A stretch of DNA of 64,000 nt from an uncultured virus (IMG/VR IMGVR_UViG_3300027842_000121) (lineage: Duplodnaviria; Heunggongvirae; Uroviricota; Caudoviricetes). Both the position numbers and the translations under genes were made by a program. Shown here piece by piece: positions 45,741 to 54,964 of the stretch. The first letter of the stretch is position 1, and each line of letters starts with the position of its first letter. The DNA is taken from the IMG/VR virus record IMGVR_UViG_3300027842_000121; one strand, given 5' to 3'. The notes beneath the pieces were generated by a model that was given only the letters and a program-made list of their open reading frames with translations, was not told the DNA's origin and searched no databases.

Positions 45741-46324
45741 GCCGCCTCCCGCTCCGTACGGCCGCCTTCGCGCACATCCTCGCTCTCGCCGCGGCTCATC
45801 TCGCCCTCACCGGGCGTCTCGTGGCCCTCGTGCCTGGCGTGCATCTGCATGCGCTCGTGCTCGTGCCTGACTCGCATCTGATGATGATCGGTGTGGTGGC
45901 GATCGTGCATCTGGTGCGTCTCGTGCTCCTGGCGCCGATGCAGATGCACCAAATCCCCTTCAGCGGCCGCCTGATGCTCGCGTTCGTGGCGGTCTTCCAT
46001 CTGCCGGTGCTCTTTGCGATGCCCCATATGCTGCTCGCGCCGCTCGTTCTCATGCCGGGCCGACATTTCCATACGCTCGCGCGCCTTCTCGTCACCGCCC
46101 TCATGCTCTTCGGCGCGTTCCTCGCTGGGATTGTCGTTCTTTTCGGTACGTTCCTCGCGTGCCTCGCTCCCGGGATTGCCGCGCTCGCGCGCCTCACGGC
46201 GGGGCGACTCGCCCTCGCTGCGGTCGCGCCGCGAAGTCGGCCCGCTGTCGCTGCGCTCGGGCTCGGAAGATCCGGGATTATCGCCGTATCGGGTACGGGC
46301 ACGGTCGCGGGAACTCTCGGCCAT
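45737..46324 (-). CDS. His/Glu/Arg-rich low-complexity protein
   Basis: Repeated M..RH..E units. Confidence 0.6.
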   Translation of the reverse strand: MAESSRDRARTRYGDNPGSSEPERSDSGPTSRRDRSEGESPRREARERGNPGSEAREERTEKNDNPSEERAEEHEGGDEKARERMEMSARHENERREQHMGHRKEHRQMEDRHEREHQAAAEGDLVHLHRRQEHETHQMHDRHHTDHHQMRVRHEHERMQMHARHEGHETPGEGEMSRGESEDVREGGRTEREAA

Positions 46325-46600
46325 CTATCGACCTTTCGGCTTACGAGGATTGGAATAGCGCTTCTCGGCGCGCGAGCCGCCGTGATGCATGCCTTGCAAG
46401 GTCAACGCCAGCCGCGCGCGCTTGCCGGTCGTACCGCTATCGTGCTGATGCTCGCGGGCAAATTCCATCGGGCTCTCGCCGGCACGCTTCGCCTGCGCGG
46501 TGAGACTTCCGGGATTCTTGATCGCCCCCTTGATCCATTTCTTCTTGCCCGCCATCCCATTACTCCTCGTCGCCATATCGATCAGGGACAGGGTCGCCAT
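46325..46600 (-). CDS. small basic phage protein
   Basis: KWIKGAIKNPGSL...RARLALTL. Confidence 0.6.
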   Translation of the reverse strand: MATLSLIDMATRSNGMAGKKKWIKGAIKNPGSLTAQAKRAGESPMEFAREHQHDSGTTGKRARLALTLQGMHHGGSRAEKRYSNPRKPKGR

Positions 46601-46793
46601 ATCGCACCAGCCTCTTCAGTCGCGCAGCATGTTCGCGTTCGTCGGCGCGATTGTGCTCGAACGCCTCCTTGGCCGCAGGTGACTTTGCCGCCGCAGCCCG
46701 CTTGCCGTAGTCGCGTACCGCCTTGCGCTCCTCAGCGAGCGACTTCCTGATCATCGCCTGCGTGCCGCCGTAGCGGCGGTCAGCCGCTGCCAT
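46560..46793 (-). CDS. half-ferritin-like helical protein
   Basis: EERKAVRDY...DEREH (E...ExxH). Confidence 0.5.
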   Translation of the reverse strand: MAAADRRYGGTQAMIRKSLAEERKAVRDYGKRAAAAKSPAAKEAFEHNRADEREHAARLKRLVRYGDPVPDRYGDEE

Positions 46794-46968
46794 AGCGTTT
46801 CTCCGCCCGGCTCATCGCCCGAAACCTGTTGCACCAATCCTCCGGCTCGATCCTGCCGGCGACAACCTCGCAATCGTGCGGCCGCTCGAAATGGCGGCAA
46901 ATGCCACAATGGTTGGGTCCAGAGGCGGGATGCTCATAATCGACCGAGGCCTTAGTCGCCTTCGCCAT
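46780..46968 (-). CDS. HiPIP-like iron-sulfur protein
   Basis: Y...CGICRHF...CEVVAGRI...WC gives the four HiPIP Cys. Confidence 0.7.
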   Translation of the reverse strand: MAKATKASVDYEHPASGPNHCGICRHFERPHDCEVVAGRIEPEDWCNRFRAMSRAEKRYGSG

Positions 46969-47140
46969 ACCGCCGCGCCGATCGAGATTTGTTGGCATGC
47001 TTGTTCGCCGTGGCGATAGCTTCGCCCTCGGGAACCCGGGCGTTGATCATCGCCGTCGCCTGCTTTGCCGCCTTCCCGGCCTCGGCAGTCGAGAGCTTCT
47101 TATCATGGCGTTCTTTGTACTGGCGGGCCGTCCACGGCAT
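46952..47140 (-). CDS. small ChaB/YdaT-like protein
   Basis: MPWT...KAAKQATA...EGEAIATA. Confidence 0.5.
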   Translation of the reverse strand: MPWTARQYKERHDKKLSTAEAGKAAKQATAMINARVPEGEAIATANKHANKSRSARRYGEGD

Positions 47141-48309
47141 CAGGCTTCTCCAGATCCGCCAATTCCCGCTTCAACAATGCCACATAGCGGCGCAGATGCG
47201 GGTCGAACGGGTAAACCGAAACCGCCCGATCGGCTATCTTCTCGATCTCTCCTTGTGAAAACGGCCGGCCAAAAATCCCATCGATCCGCCACTCGGCGAG
47301 GCTCGAGCTTGCCGCGAAGACGCAGCCCATTACGAGCCAGCCGGCTCGCCAGCACCGCAAACACAAACCCCGATGCAGGGAGTTCGAGCGGAAACGAGAA
47401 GACGGCGCAGACGAGTGCTGCGGCAAGCGCACCATTTGTTGCCCCATCCGAGGCTGGCGTCACGCGTACCCATCGCCGCCATAGCATCGCGCAAATGCCG
47501 GCCGCCAGCAGCAACGGAACGGCGCCGATTTCGACCGCCGCCTGCAAAAGATCGCTGTGCGCGTATTCCCAACGCGGATAGGTCGCGCCAAACCACCCCA
47601 AGCCATGCCCGAAAGGTGCGATCGAGAGTGCGGCAGCCTGCCAGATTTCGATGCGGTCGAGGGCGGTAGTGAACTTTTCCGGGCCGAACAGCAGGATGCT
47701 CGCCGTCGCAAAGATCCCGGCCAGCACCGCACCTAAAAACTTTGTCATCGGCGGTGCGCGCCACACCACCAGAAGACCGACCAGAACGGCGAAAAGGGCG
47801 ACGCGCGACTGGCACAACAACAGGGGGACAGACAGGACCGGAGCCAAGAACCAGTCACGGCGCGCCGCCGCCCATAGAAACACCGGGGCGGCGGTTTCGG
47901 CCAGCACGTCGCGATTGAAAAACAATCCGGCCGGCACCGAGAATTGCGGAATTGCCCCCCAGCCCAGCATCTGCGGCACTACCAGAGCCGCCGAAACGGC
48001 AAGACCGGCGGCAATCCAGGTCATAACCACATCAATCGAGGCAAGCTGCGCTGCCGCAAGAACAGCGAGCGCCAGGATGACGAGGTGAAAGAGCTGGTTG
48101 GCGCCCCCGAGCGGGTCGGAAGACCAAACGAGAGTTAGGCCGGCATATCCGAGAAGAGCGATCGAAGAGCAGAAAAGCGGGATGCCGACCGCGCGCGGAT
48201 CAAGCCGCGACACAAGCGGGATGCCGAGCGCGAGCAAAGCCCAGCGCGGCATCTCCGCATTGATCGTCGGCCAGAAGGCGAGCATTACGAGACATCCGAG
48301 AGCAGGCAA
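47140..48309 (-). CDS. O-antigen ligase / O-oligosaccharyltransferase (Wzy_C)-like membrane protein
   Basis: Many TM segments; GLFFNRD, QSRVA, RIEIW, GHGLGWF, AHSDLLQAAVEIG. Confidence 0.82.
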   Translation of the reverse strand: MPALGCLVMLAFWPTINAEMPRWALLALGIPLVSRLDPRAVGIPLFCSSIALLGYAGLTLVWSSDPLGGANQLFHLVILALAVLAAAQLASIDVVMTWIAAGLAVSAALVVPQMLGWGAIPQFSVPAGLFFNRDVLAETAAPVFLWAAARRDWFLAPVLSVPLLLCQSRVALFAVLVGLLVVWRAPPMTKFLGAVLAGIFATASILLFGPEKFTTALDRIEIWQAAALSIAPFGHGLGWFGATYPRWEYAHSDLLQAAVEIGAVPLLLAAGICAMLWRRWVRVTPASDGATNGALAAALVCAVFSFPLELPASGFVFAVLASRLARNGLRLRGKLEPRRVADRWDFWPAVFTRRDREDSRSGGFGLPVRPASAPLCGIVEAGIGGSGEA

Positions 48310-48310
48310 C

Positions 48311-48724
48311 TCAGTGCGAGCGCCACACGCCGCCGGGCGAAACCTTGGTACAAAGATACTCGGTCACCGCCTGCGCCGCTTGCGAAACACCCGTAGACCC
48401 CGCCGTCGTGTCGATCGTGTCGGTGCCTTGTGCATAGACCTGCACCGCGTTCGCGGCCGACGTGTCGACAACGGTAATACGGCGCGGCGCCCTCGTGCAA
48501 AGCGGCAGCGATACCGCATCCGCCGCATTCGCCGGGCTCACCGGGTTGATCGTTCCCTGCAGGATCGTAGCCGCGGCTTGGGTATGTGTCGTCGATGGCG
48601 TTGCCGGGATCTGCGTATCCAGCTGATCCGGTACCGGGCCGCCCGAAAGTGGGGGCACCTGAGCAAAGGCAGCGCCCGACAGCAGCAGGACCGAGATGGT
48701 GCCGGCAATTACTGATTTACGCAC
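48311..48724 (-). CDS. small signal-peptide-bearing beta protein (possible capsid decoration)
   Basis: Start reassigned to GTG at 48724: RKSVIAGTISVLLLSGAAFA; AVSLP, VQVY..TDTID. Confidence 0.55.
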   Translation of the reverse strand: MRKSVIAGTISVLLLSGAAFAQVPPLSGGPVPDQLDTQIPATPSTTHTQAAATILQGTINPVSPANAADAVSLPLCTRAPRRITVVDTSAANAVQVYAQGTDTIDTTAGSTGVSQAAQAVTEYLCTKVSPGGVWRSH

Positions 48725-48936
48725 AAGGCACCTCCGGTCGTCATCGTCAACGGCGCCTGGCCGCCCGCTGAATAGCTCCACCCCGTACCGGAACCAACCG
48801 TAGGCGGCGTGCCGCAGCTCGTCACCACCCAAGCAGTCGTAAAGGGCGTCGTCGTTTTCTGCGACCAGCCCTCGCGCGCCAGGATCGCCAAGGCCAGCAT
48901 GGCGGCCGCAATTACGACGGCGCGCGGCATCGTCAT
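48709..48936 (-). CDS. small signal-peptide-bearing protein
   Basis: Hydrophobic leader; two Cys. Confidence 0.55.
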   Translation of the reverse strand: MTMPRAVVIAAAMLALAILAREGWSQKTTTPFTTAWVVTSCGTPPTVGSGTGWSYSAGGQAPLTMTTGGALCVNQ

Positions 48937-49778
48937 CAGAACTGCCCCGGCGTCTCGGGCTGTACCGTGCCCATGATCCGGTTCGGCCCGACATACCGGC
49001 CAGCCGGGCGCTCGACCACTTCAACCGACGCGTTGCGCAATGTGCGCGGCGTCCCCATGATCGGCGCCTCGACTGGCCGCCCCTGAATCTCGGCGTGTCG
49101 CGGGCGGTTCAGATAAGCCTCGTAGCTCTGCGTCGCGAGGTCAGGCGTGCCGCCGCCAATCGACTCGAGAAAGAGATCCATCGCCGCTTGAGCAGTCCGA
49201 TTCAAGGGGCGCATCCCCTCGTTCGGCACACCGCGATAGGTGATCACTTCGCCGGTCGGGATCAGCACGTCGTCGATGAAAAAGCCGCCAGGTGCGGGCG
49301 TGATAATCTCGTATTGCGGCCGCTCGCCATTCTGCTCGTACTGATCGAGCAGTTCAAAAAGGTCGTTGCGCGCCTTGTTGCGCTTGGCTGCCAGCGCCGG
49401 AGGGATCGGCTTTGGACCAAACTGCGTCGGAGCCGGCATCGCATTGCTGATCCCGGCGGCAAGTGCCGAGCCCAGGATGCGCGCAAATTCGGTGTTAGCG
49501 GAAAGCCCGCCGAGCGCCGCATCATAATCGACGCCGGGATCGGCCGGCTTGGAATAGCCGTAAGGGTTTGGCGGCAGACCGCCGTCCTGTTGTGGCGCCG
49601 CCTCGGCTTCCTGGCGCGCCGCCACCCTCTCCTTCAGACGCGCCCGCTGCTCACCAAACTTCGCGCGCCGCTCCGCCTGCCGCGCCTCGCGGCCGGCGCG
49701 CAACTTCTCCAGATGCTCCGGCGAAAGTTTCTTGCGCCTCAGCATCGGGCGCGCGGGAACCTCATGCTCTTCACTCAT
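48936..49778 (-). CDS. hypothetical head-module protein
   Basis: 280 aa; GVPNEGMRPLN motif; follows the cement gene. Confidence 0.6.
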   Translation of the reverse strand: MSEEHEVPARPMLRRKKLSPEHLEKLRAGREARQAERRAKFGEQRARLKERVAARQEAEAAPQQDGGLPPNPYGYSKPADPGVDYDAALGGLSANTEFARILGSALAAGISNAMPAPTQFGPKPIPPALAAKRNKARNDLFELLDQYEQNGERPQYEIITPAPGGFFIDDVLIPTGEVITYRGVPNEGMRPLNRTAQAAMDLFLESIGGGTPDLATQSYEAYLNRPRHAEIQGRPVEAPIMGTPRTLRNASVEVVERPAGRYVGPNRIMGTVQPETPGQF

Positions 49779-49784
49779 GATGTC

Positions 49785-50342
49785 TCACGCGACGATGTAA
49801 TTCGCGGCATAAGCGGCTGCCGCCCAGTCGTCGCGAGCCAAGACGATCGCCGCCGCCACCGCACCTGCCGAGAAGGTGCTGGTGCCGACGACATAATTGA
49901 GCCGGATAAAGCGCGGCATTGCCGCAAGAATGGCGCGATGCGGCCACGCAAACCCGATTTTGCCGTATTCCGGCGCTGTCGTCGTCAAGGTCAATTGCGC
50001 CACCGTCAGCGCGTCGGTCTCGATATAGGTCGTATAGCCGGCCGCCGTGTTGCTGCCGCTATCGATCGAGCCCTGGAACTGCACCTGCATCGTGGCCCCA
50101 CCCGCCGACACGAAGGATGAGGTGATCCACACGCCGACGCGGGGGATGTTGACGCCGTCGCCAATACCGAGATCCTCGCCAAAGACGCTGGCGTTCCCGA
50201 TTCGGTTCAGCGGCGCACTGCCAACGCCGGCCCCCGTCAAATCGATGACGTTGGTCGATGCGGCAGTCGAGGTGATCGCCTGCCCGGTTGCCGGCGATGC
50301 GCCGGGATTCCCCGAGAAAACGAGGTTTTGGTCCATAATCAT
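49785..50342 (-). CDS. capsid cement protein (Bbp16-like)
   Basis: MIMDQNLVFS..QAIT..STNVIDL; RFIRLNY; follows the major capsid gene. Confidence 0.85.
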   Translation of the reverse strand: MIMDQNLVFSGNPGASPATGQAITSTAASTNVIDLTGAGVGSAPLNRIGNASVFGEDLGIGDGVNIPRVGVWITSSFVSAGGATMQVQFQGSIDSGSNTAAGYTTYIETDALTVAQLTLTTTAPEYGKIGFAWPHRAILAAMPRFIRLNYVVGTSTFSAGAVAAAIVLARDDWAAAAYAANYIVA

Positions 50343-50355
50343 CGGAGATCGCCTC

Positions 50356-51405
50356 TCAGGTCACGCGGGTCTCGGTATTGAGCAAAACATCGCAAACGCG
50401 GATCGGAATGCCGCGGAAGCTGGTCACCGGCTCGCCCGCGTAGTCGCGCGGCCCGAGCAGCACGTTGCGATCACGGATGGCCTGAATGTCCATGTATTCG
50501 CGCCCGGTACGGTTGACGTAAATCGCCGGACGGATACCGGGTGCGGGCTCATCCGGGGCATCGGTCTTGACGATGCCGGATTGGTTGCGCGCCATTTTCG
50601 GCAGGCGGACCACCGCCTTCGAGAGCAGCGCAAAGAGGTCGGGCGCATTCGAGCCGCCAAGGCCGGCAGAGGTCGTGTCGAGGTTGGCAATCCGCACGAC
50701 ATAACGCCAGTCGCGCACGCATAGCCCGGCCTCGTGCCGGAACCATGACGTGTAGGCTTCGAAGCGGTTGCCGCTCGAATCGTAGCCGGGAACGATATCG
50801 CCCTTGTCCTCAAAGACTATGCCGGCCTTGGACCCCTTCGGAAACAACCCGAAACAGGTTTCCTCGCCCCAGCCGATAAGCCAAAGCGAGGTATTGGAAC
50901 TGCCGGTCCCGCCGCCGTCGAGGACGTTCTGCGCGTTCTGGGCGTTCGAGGATGTGACCGTATTGAAAAGCGGGGCAAAACCGGTAAATTGCGACGGACT
51001 GACGGTCGAATTCCCGTAGAAAATCGTCGTCGCCATCTGCTGCGAGAGGCCTTCCAAAAAGGCGTTGTCCTCGCTGTAGCGGAATTTCGCGACGTTGCCC
51101 GACATCTCGGCAAGCTTGCGATCAATCTGGCTGTAAGCTTCGAGCATGCCGGTGCCGACGGTAACCTGCGCAGTCGTCGATTTGCCGTAGGGGACGCCCT
51201 GATAGAGCAATCGCCAGGTGCCGGAAGGGAGCGAGGTGCGCAGGGTCGTCTTGTGACCCGTCGGCAGGATGCCCTCGATCCAGATCATGTCGTCGTAAAT
51301 TTCGTTCGCCTGAGAGAGCATCTCGGCGATGTCGTCGATCTGGCCCTGCGGGTCCATGCGCCGCGCCCAGTCGGCAAGCGTCAGGTACTGTGCGTTAGTG
51401 GGCAT
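50356..51405 (-). CDS. major capsid protein (Bbp17-like)
   Basis: LTLADWA, IAEMLSQ.NEI, IFYGN, RDWRYVVRIAN, FRGIPIR.CD. Confidence 0.92.
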   Translation of the reverse strand: MPTNAQYLTLADWARRMDPQGQIDDIAEMLSQANEIYDDMIWIEGILPTGHKTTLRTSLPSGTWRLLYQGVPYGKSTTAQVTVGTGMLEAYSQIDRKLAEMSGNVAKFRYSEDNAFLEGLSQQMATTIFYGNSTVSPSQFTGFAPLFNTVTSSNAQNAQNVLDGGGTGSSNTSLWLIGWGEETCFGLFPKGSKAGIVFEDKGDIVPGYDSSGNRFEAYTSWFRHEAGLCVRDWRYVVRIANLDTTSAGLGGSNAPDLFALLSKAVVRLPKMARNQSGIVKTDAPDEPAPGIRPAIYVNRTGREYMDIQAIRDRNVLLGPRDYAGEPVTSFRGIPIRVCDVLLNTETRVT

Positions 51406-52228
51406 TGCCGTTCATTCCTTGGGTGTTGATGTAGCGGCGCTCGATACGCGAGCCGGACTGAGCGCCCGAAATCTGAGGCTGTACACCGTTGACGGGCGGC
51501 TGGACGGGGCGCGGCCTGCCTTCCGACAACGCCGCACCGATATTCGACAGAAAGCGAATGAAGGCAGGATGATCGCCCATCCCGGTATAGTTCAGGGCAT
51601 CAAGCAGTTCCTGGCGCTGCTGTTGCGCGCGGGCAGGCGGCACGCCTGGAATACTGGCAAAACGATCGCGTACCGCAGCGCACAACCGCAAGGTCGTGTC
51701 GCGCCGGTTGCCGCCGATGTCGGGATCACTCTCGAAATTCTCGCGCCAGTTCTCGCGAGTGCGATCGAACGCCTGCTGCTGATGCTGCGTCATGCGCTCG
51801 CGCAGCTCGGTCAGGTTGGCGATGTAAAGATCGAGCAGCGCCTGGCCGCGCTCCTGCGGCGTCATCTCGGGATTGCCGAGAATGCCGGTAAAGGATTCCA
51901 TCCCGGCGGCGTCAATTTCGACACCATTGGGTAGAGTAAACGGCTCAAATGCGATCGGAGCAGGAGCTGGGGCCTCTCCCGCGTCGCCGCTTTCAGGCGC
52001 TGCCTCACTGACCAGCGATGGCTTTGGCCCCTCGACTGCGGGCGCCTCGGTAGCCGCCGCTTCTACCGGGGCCTCGGCCGCAACAGGCGCCGCCGGTTCG
52101 GCTGGCGTCGGCTCAACCACCGCTACAGGAGGTGGAGCTGCAGGAGCCGGCGCCGTCACCTCCGCCGGAGCCGACGCAGGCGGAGGAGCCTCGGCGGCAA
52201 CCGTTACCGGGGCCGTTTCTTCAGCCAT
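51395..52228 (-). CDS. scaffolding protein
   Basis: Pro/Ala/Glu-rich N-terminus, TGMGDHPAFIR..IG..LSE; directly upstream of the major capsid gene. Confidence 0.8.
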   Translation of the reverse strand: MAEETAPVTVAAEAPPPASAPAEVTAPAPAAPPPVAVVEPTPAEPAAPVAAEAPVEAAATEAPAVEGPKPSLVSEAAPESGDAGEAPAPAPIAFEPFTLPNGVEIDAAGMESFTGILGNPEMTPQERGQALLDLYIANLTELRERMTQHQQQAFDRTRENWRENFESDPDIGGNRRDTTLRLCAAVRDRFASIPGVPPARAQQQRQELLDALNYTGMGDHPAFIRFLSNIGAALSEGRPRPVQPPVNGVQPQISGAQSGSRIERRYINTQGMNGNAH

Positions 52229-52517
52229 TCAATTCTCTCAGGATAAGCGCCAGCCCCTCGGGCGACGCTTGCGCCAAGGTGCCCATAAGGCGGATGCCGA
52301 TATCGCGCTGGCCGTCGTAAAAGTCTGATTCCCGGTCGATCCCGAAGCGTTTGACAAAGACGCCGCAATCGGCAAGGAAGCCGGCAAACCACATGCGCCC
52401 CCCTTCGGAGCGCATCGCGCCGATCAGAAAATCGTCTTTTTGCGATTGGCGCAGCGCCGCATCGCGCTGGGCGCGTTCTACATCGGCAGGATCTGAAGCA
52501 TCATATCGCTCAACCAC
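52221..52517 (-). CDS. Bbp19-like head-module protein
   Basis: MRSEGGRMW, FYDGQRDIG. Confidence 0.75.
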   Translation of the reverse strand: MVERYDASDPADVERAQRDAALRQSQKDDFLIGAMRSEGGRMWFAGFLADCGVFVKRFGIDRESDFYDGQRDIGIRLMGTLAQASPEGLALILRELNG

Positions 52518-52623
52518 GCGCTCGCGATGCGACGCTCACAGAAGAAAGGCAATGCTTTACATATCTCTAGTCAGCGCGCTATATCCGCCGCATGCTTGTC
52601 GCTACGCCGTGGGGTCATCTCTG

Positions 52624-52836
52624 ATGTCAGAACGACAGTACACTAATGTCAGGGGCGAATACGCCTACACACCGGGGCCGCGCGCGCGGCTCATCCTGTC
52701 CGTCACACCAAAGCAAGCCATTTTTGTAAAGACCGCCGCCCAGAAACGCGACGTTACGATCTCGGAATATATGCGCTCGGCAATCGACGCGCTGGAGCGG
52801 ATGGAGATGAGAAAAACCAAGAATACAATGGATTAA
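52624..52836 (+). CDS. ribbon-helix-helix-like small regulator
   Basis: RLILSVT...AAQKRDVTISEYMRSAI; start reassigned to ATG at 52624. Confidence 0.55.
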   Translation: MSERQYTNVRGEYAYTPGPRARLILSVTPKQAIFVKTAAQKRDVTISEYMRSAIDALERMEMRKTKNTMD

Positions 52837-52838
52837 AC

Positions 52839-53025
52839 CTATGGACACCCAGACTTTAACCAGCAGCTGATCGCAGCAACCACCGGCCCTGGGATCGGCA
52901 GTTGCCCCCTGACATAACGATAAACAGTCGTGCGCTCGATCCCCAAATGAAAAGCGAGACTGGATACCCAGCCTCGCTCGCCAAACAATAGAATGGCCGC
53001 ACTCTTGAATTCGTCAGCGGCGCGC
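52839..53025 (-). pseudogene. HTH coding remnant lacking an evident start
   Basis: ADEFKSAAILLFGERGWVSSLAFHLGIERTTVYRY; joined out of frame to a TROVE fragment. Confidence 0.5.
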
Positions 53026-53430
53026 CGGAATCTCCGCGATTGCTTCGACCAGCGCCTGATCAATTGCCGGCTCGAACTGGGGTGCCGCCCGTGCCGCAGC
53101 AATGTAGCGGAACGGCAATACCCGGCGCGCGCCCTTGCGGGAAACAATCGCTTCAGAGACCAACCCTGGATCAACACCGGCCTGCACCATGTTGCGCAGG
53201 TTGCGCAGGAGAGCCAGATAGCCAAGCTGCCTCTCGCGGATCAGCCGCTCGAAAGTCTCCTTCTTGTCGGCGCCACCCGAGAGCGCGACTTCCCATGTAT
53301 CGGGCGTCGCCAACGCGCGATCCTTGACGCGCCGCCACAATACCGATTGCGCCTCGTCCCGCGGTTTCGGCCGCACCATGCGCAGCACGTCACGCAGCTT
53401 GACCGCTTTTTCACGGTCGTACTTCGCCAG
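53014..53430 (-). pseudogene. internal fragment of a TROVE (Ro60-like) gene
   Basis: LAKYDR..VKLRDVLRM.RPKP, PDTWE..LS, YLALLRNLRN, RVLPFRY; no N-terminus and no vWA domain. Confidence 0.75.
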
Positions 53431-53487
53431 ATTGAGCGATGAACTCCGATAATCTCCCCGTGCGGATCGCCTCCGCCAGAGTAAGCA

Positions 53488-54261
53488 TCACGCCGCCTCT
53501 AAAAGCTGAATGAAGGTCCGATCTGGCGCGGTCATCGGCACAAGCTTAGTGGCGGAACTGGAAACTAGACTATAGAAATCTCCCAAATCCTCACGAGACT
53601 TGATGACACCAAATCTATCGGGAGGCGACTCCACCATTGCAAAATCGCTAAACTTTGCGTAGGCGCCAACTGCGCTGATGTAGACACCTGAAATCGGCTC
53701 GAAGAATGCAGGCCGATGCACTTTGTCAAGCACCGCAACGGAAACACGCCATTTGTGGCGCGCCCCCGAAAACTCGGGGTCTTTCTGGACGTCTCGCGTC
53801 TTATACAGAGCCGATAACCGCTGATATAGGTCGTCCCTTGCGTCCCGATCGGACCGTTCGGCCAAGCGCAACGCGGCAGCATGGGTTGCTCTGGCTGAGC
53901 AATTGGCTACGGTCACCATCGCGCCTCGGACGCGCTCTATCGGCACTTCGGCGATAAATATGTCGCGGCCATCAAACCGGATGGCCGCGAGTTCAGCAAT
54001 CCGCTGGGCCTCCGCTCGGTAATAGCGAAGCGCTCCGAACAGCTCCGCTTCTTGATACCCGCCCCCGCGGTCGGAGACGAAACAGCGCGCCCTTCGCGCC
54101 ACCACTTCTAGCACGACGCTCGCGCCGCTCGGGTAAATCACTGGCAGCCTGACAATCGATCCGGCCTGAAAATGATCAACCTGCGTCATTCGACGCACGG
54201 CGTCATCTAGGCTGCGCCGCAGCGCTTCGCTGGGTGGTGCCTGGCTTAGGAGGCTAAGCAT
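53488..54261 (-). CDS. DUF1828-like protein
   Basis: LPVIYPSG.SV..FVSDRGG..E, FSGARHKW; 257 aa. Confidence 0.5.
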   Translation of the reverse strand: MLSLLSQAPPSEALRRSLDDAVRRMTQVDHFQAGSIVRLPVIYPSGASVVLEVVARRARCFVSDRGGGYQEAELFGALRYYRAEAQRIAELAAIRFDGRDIFIAEVPIERVRGAMVTVANCSARATHAAALRLAERSDRDARDDLYQRLSALYKTRDVQKDPEFSGARHKWRVSVAVLDKVHRPAFFEPISGVYISAVGAYAKFSDFAMVESPPDRFGVIKSREDLGDFYSLVSSSATKLVPMTAPDRTFIQLLEAA

Positions 54262-54411
54262 TAGCTGTCCAAAACAAATCAGGCGTTACGGCCGGCAGGC
54301 GAATACGATTTATGTCGTTGATTCTAAACCTCCGACCACACAACGCAAGGAAATCGGAAAGCGTCGCTGGCTCGGGCTCCAACGGACACGCCGCAGGCAA
54401 ATTTCCTCAAT

Positions 54412-54618
54412 TTAGTGACTGACAATCCGAAACTGCGGACGAGACAGACCGCCCGGCTGCTGCGCCAGAACCAGGATTTTTTTCTGCTGGTCGGCATAGA
54501 CCGCCGCCACCCGCAGCCATTTAGGGTCGCCGCGCCAGTGAGCCATCTGGCGGCAACAGCCCTCGGCCTCTTTCAAGCACTCCTGCAACTTCTGCATGAT
54601 CTCGAATTCGGTCAGCAT
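54412..54618 (-). CDS. hypothetical protein
   Basis: AGGAG RBS, 68 aa. Confidence 0.55.
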   Translation of the reverse strand: MLTEFEIMQKLQECLKEAEGCCRQMAHWRGDPKWLRVAAVYADQQKKILVLAQQPGGLSRPQFRIVSH

Positions 54619-54621
54619 CTC

Positions 54622-54909
54622 CTACCTGACCCTCTTCTTGATACCCTGAATCTCGTCCTCATGCGCATGCTGCGCCGAGCGCAGCTCGGTAATCGCCTTC
54701 TCGTGCGCCGCCTGCTGCACCCTCATATCGTCTAGCTCTGCCTGTAGCCGGGCATTCATAGTCTGCAATTCCATGACCGCCCCCGAGAGCGGTGGCACCT
54801 GAGACATCTGCGGGCCGCTGGCGCCCGAGCTCTGCGCCCACGCTCCGAAAGGCAATAAAGTCGCCAAGCCAAAAGTCGCCAAAGTGCACAAAGTCGCTGC
54901 GCCTTTCAT
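54622..54909 (-). CDS. small secreted coiled-coil protein
   Basis: GGAGG, ATG at 54909, leader ending AWA; QVPPLSG also occurs in 48311-48724. Confidence 0.55.
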   Translation of the reverse strand: MKGAATLCTLATFGLATLLPFGAWAQSSGASGPQMSQVPPLSGAVMELQTMNARLQAELDDMRVQQAAHEKAITELRSAQHAHEDEIQGIKKRVR

Positions 54910-54964
54910 CCTATCCCTCCAAAAGCCAACAAAATCAATATGGCAAAAGTGAATTTCGTGCCCC

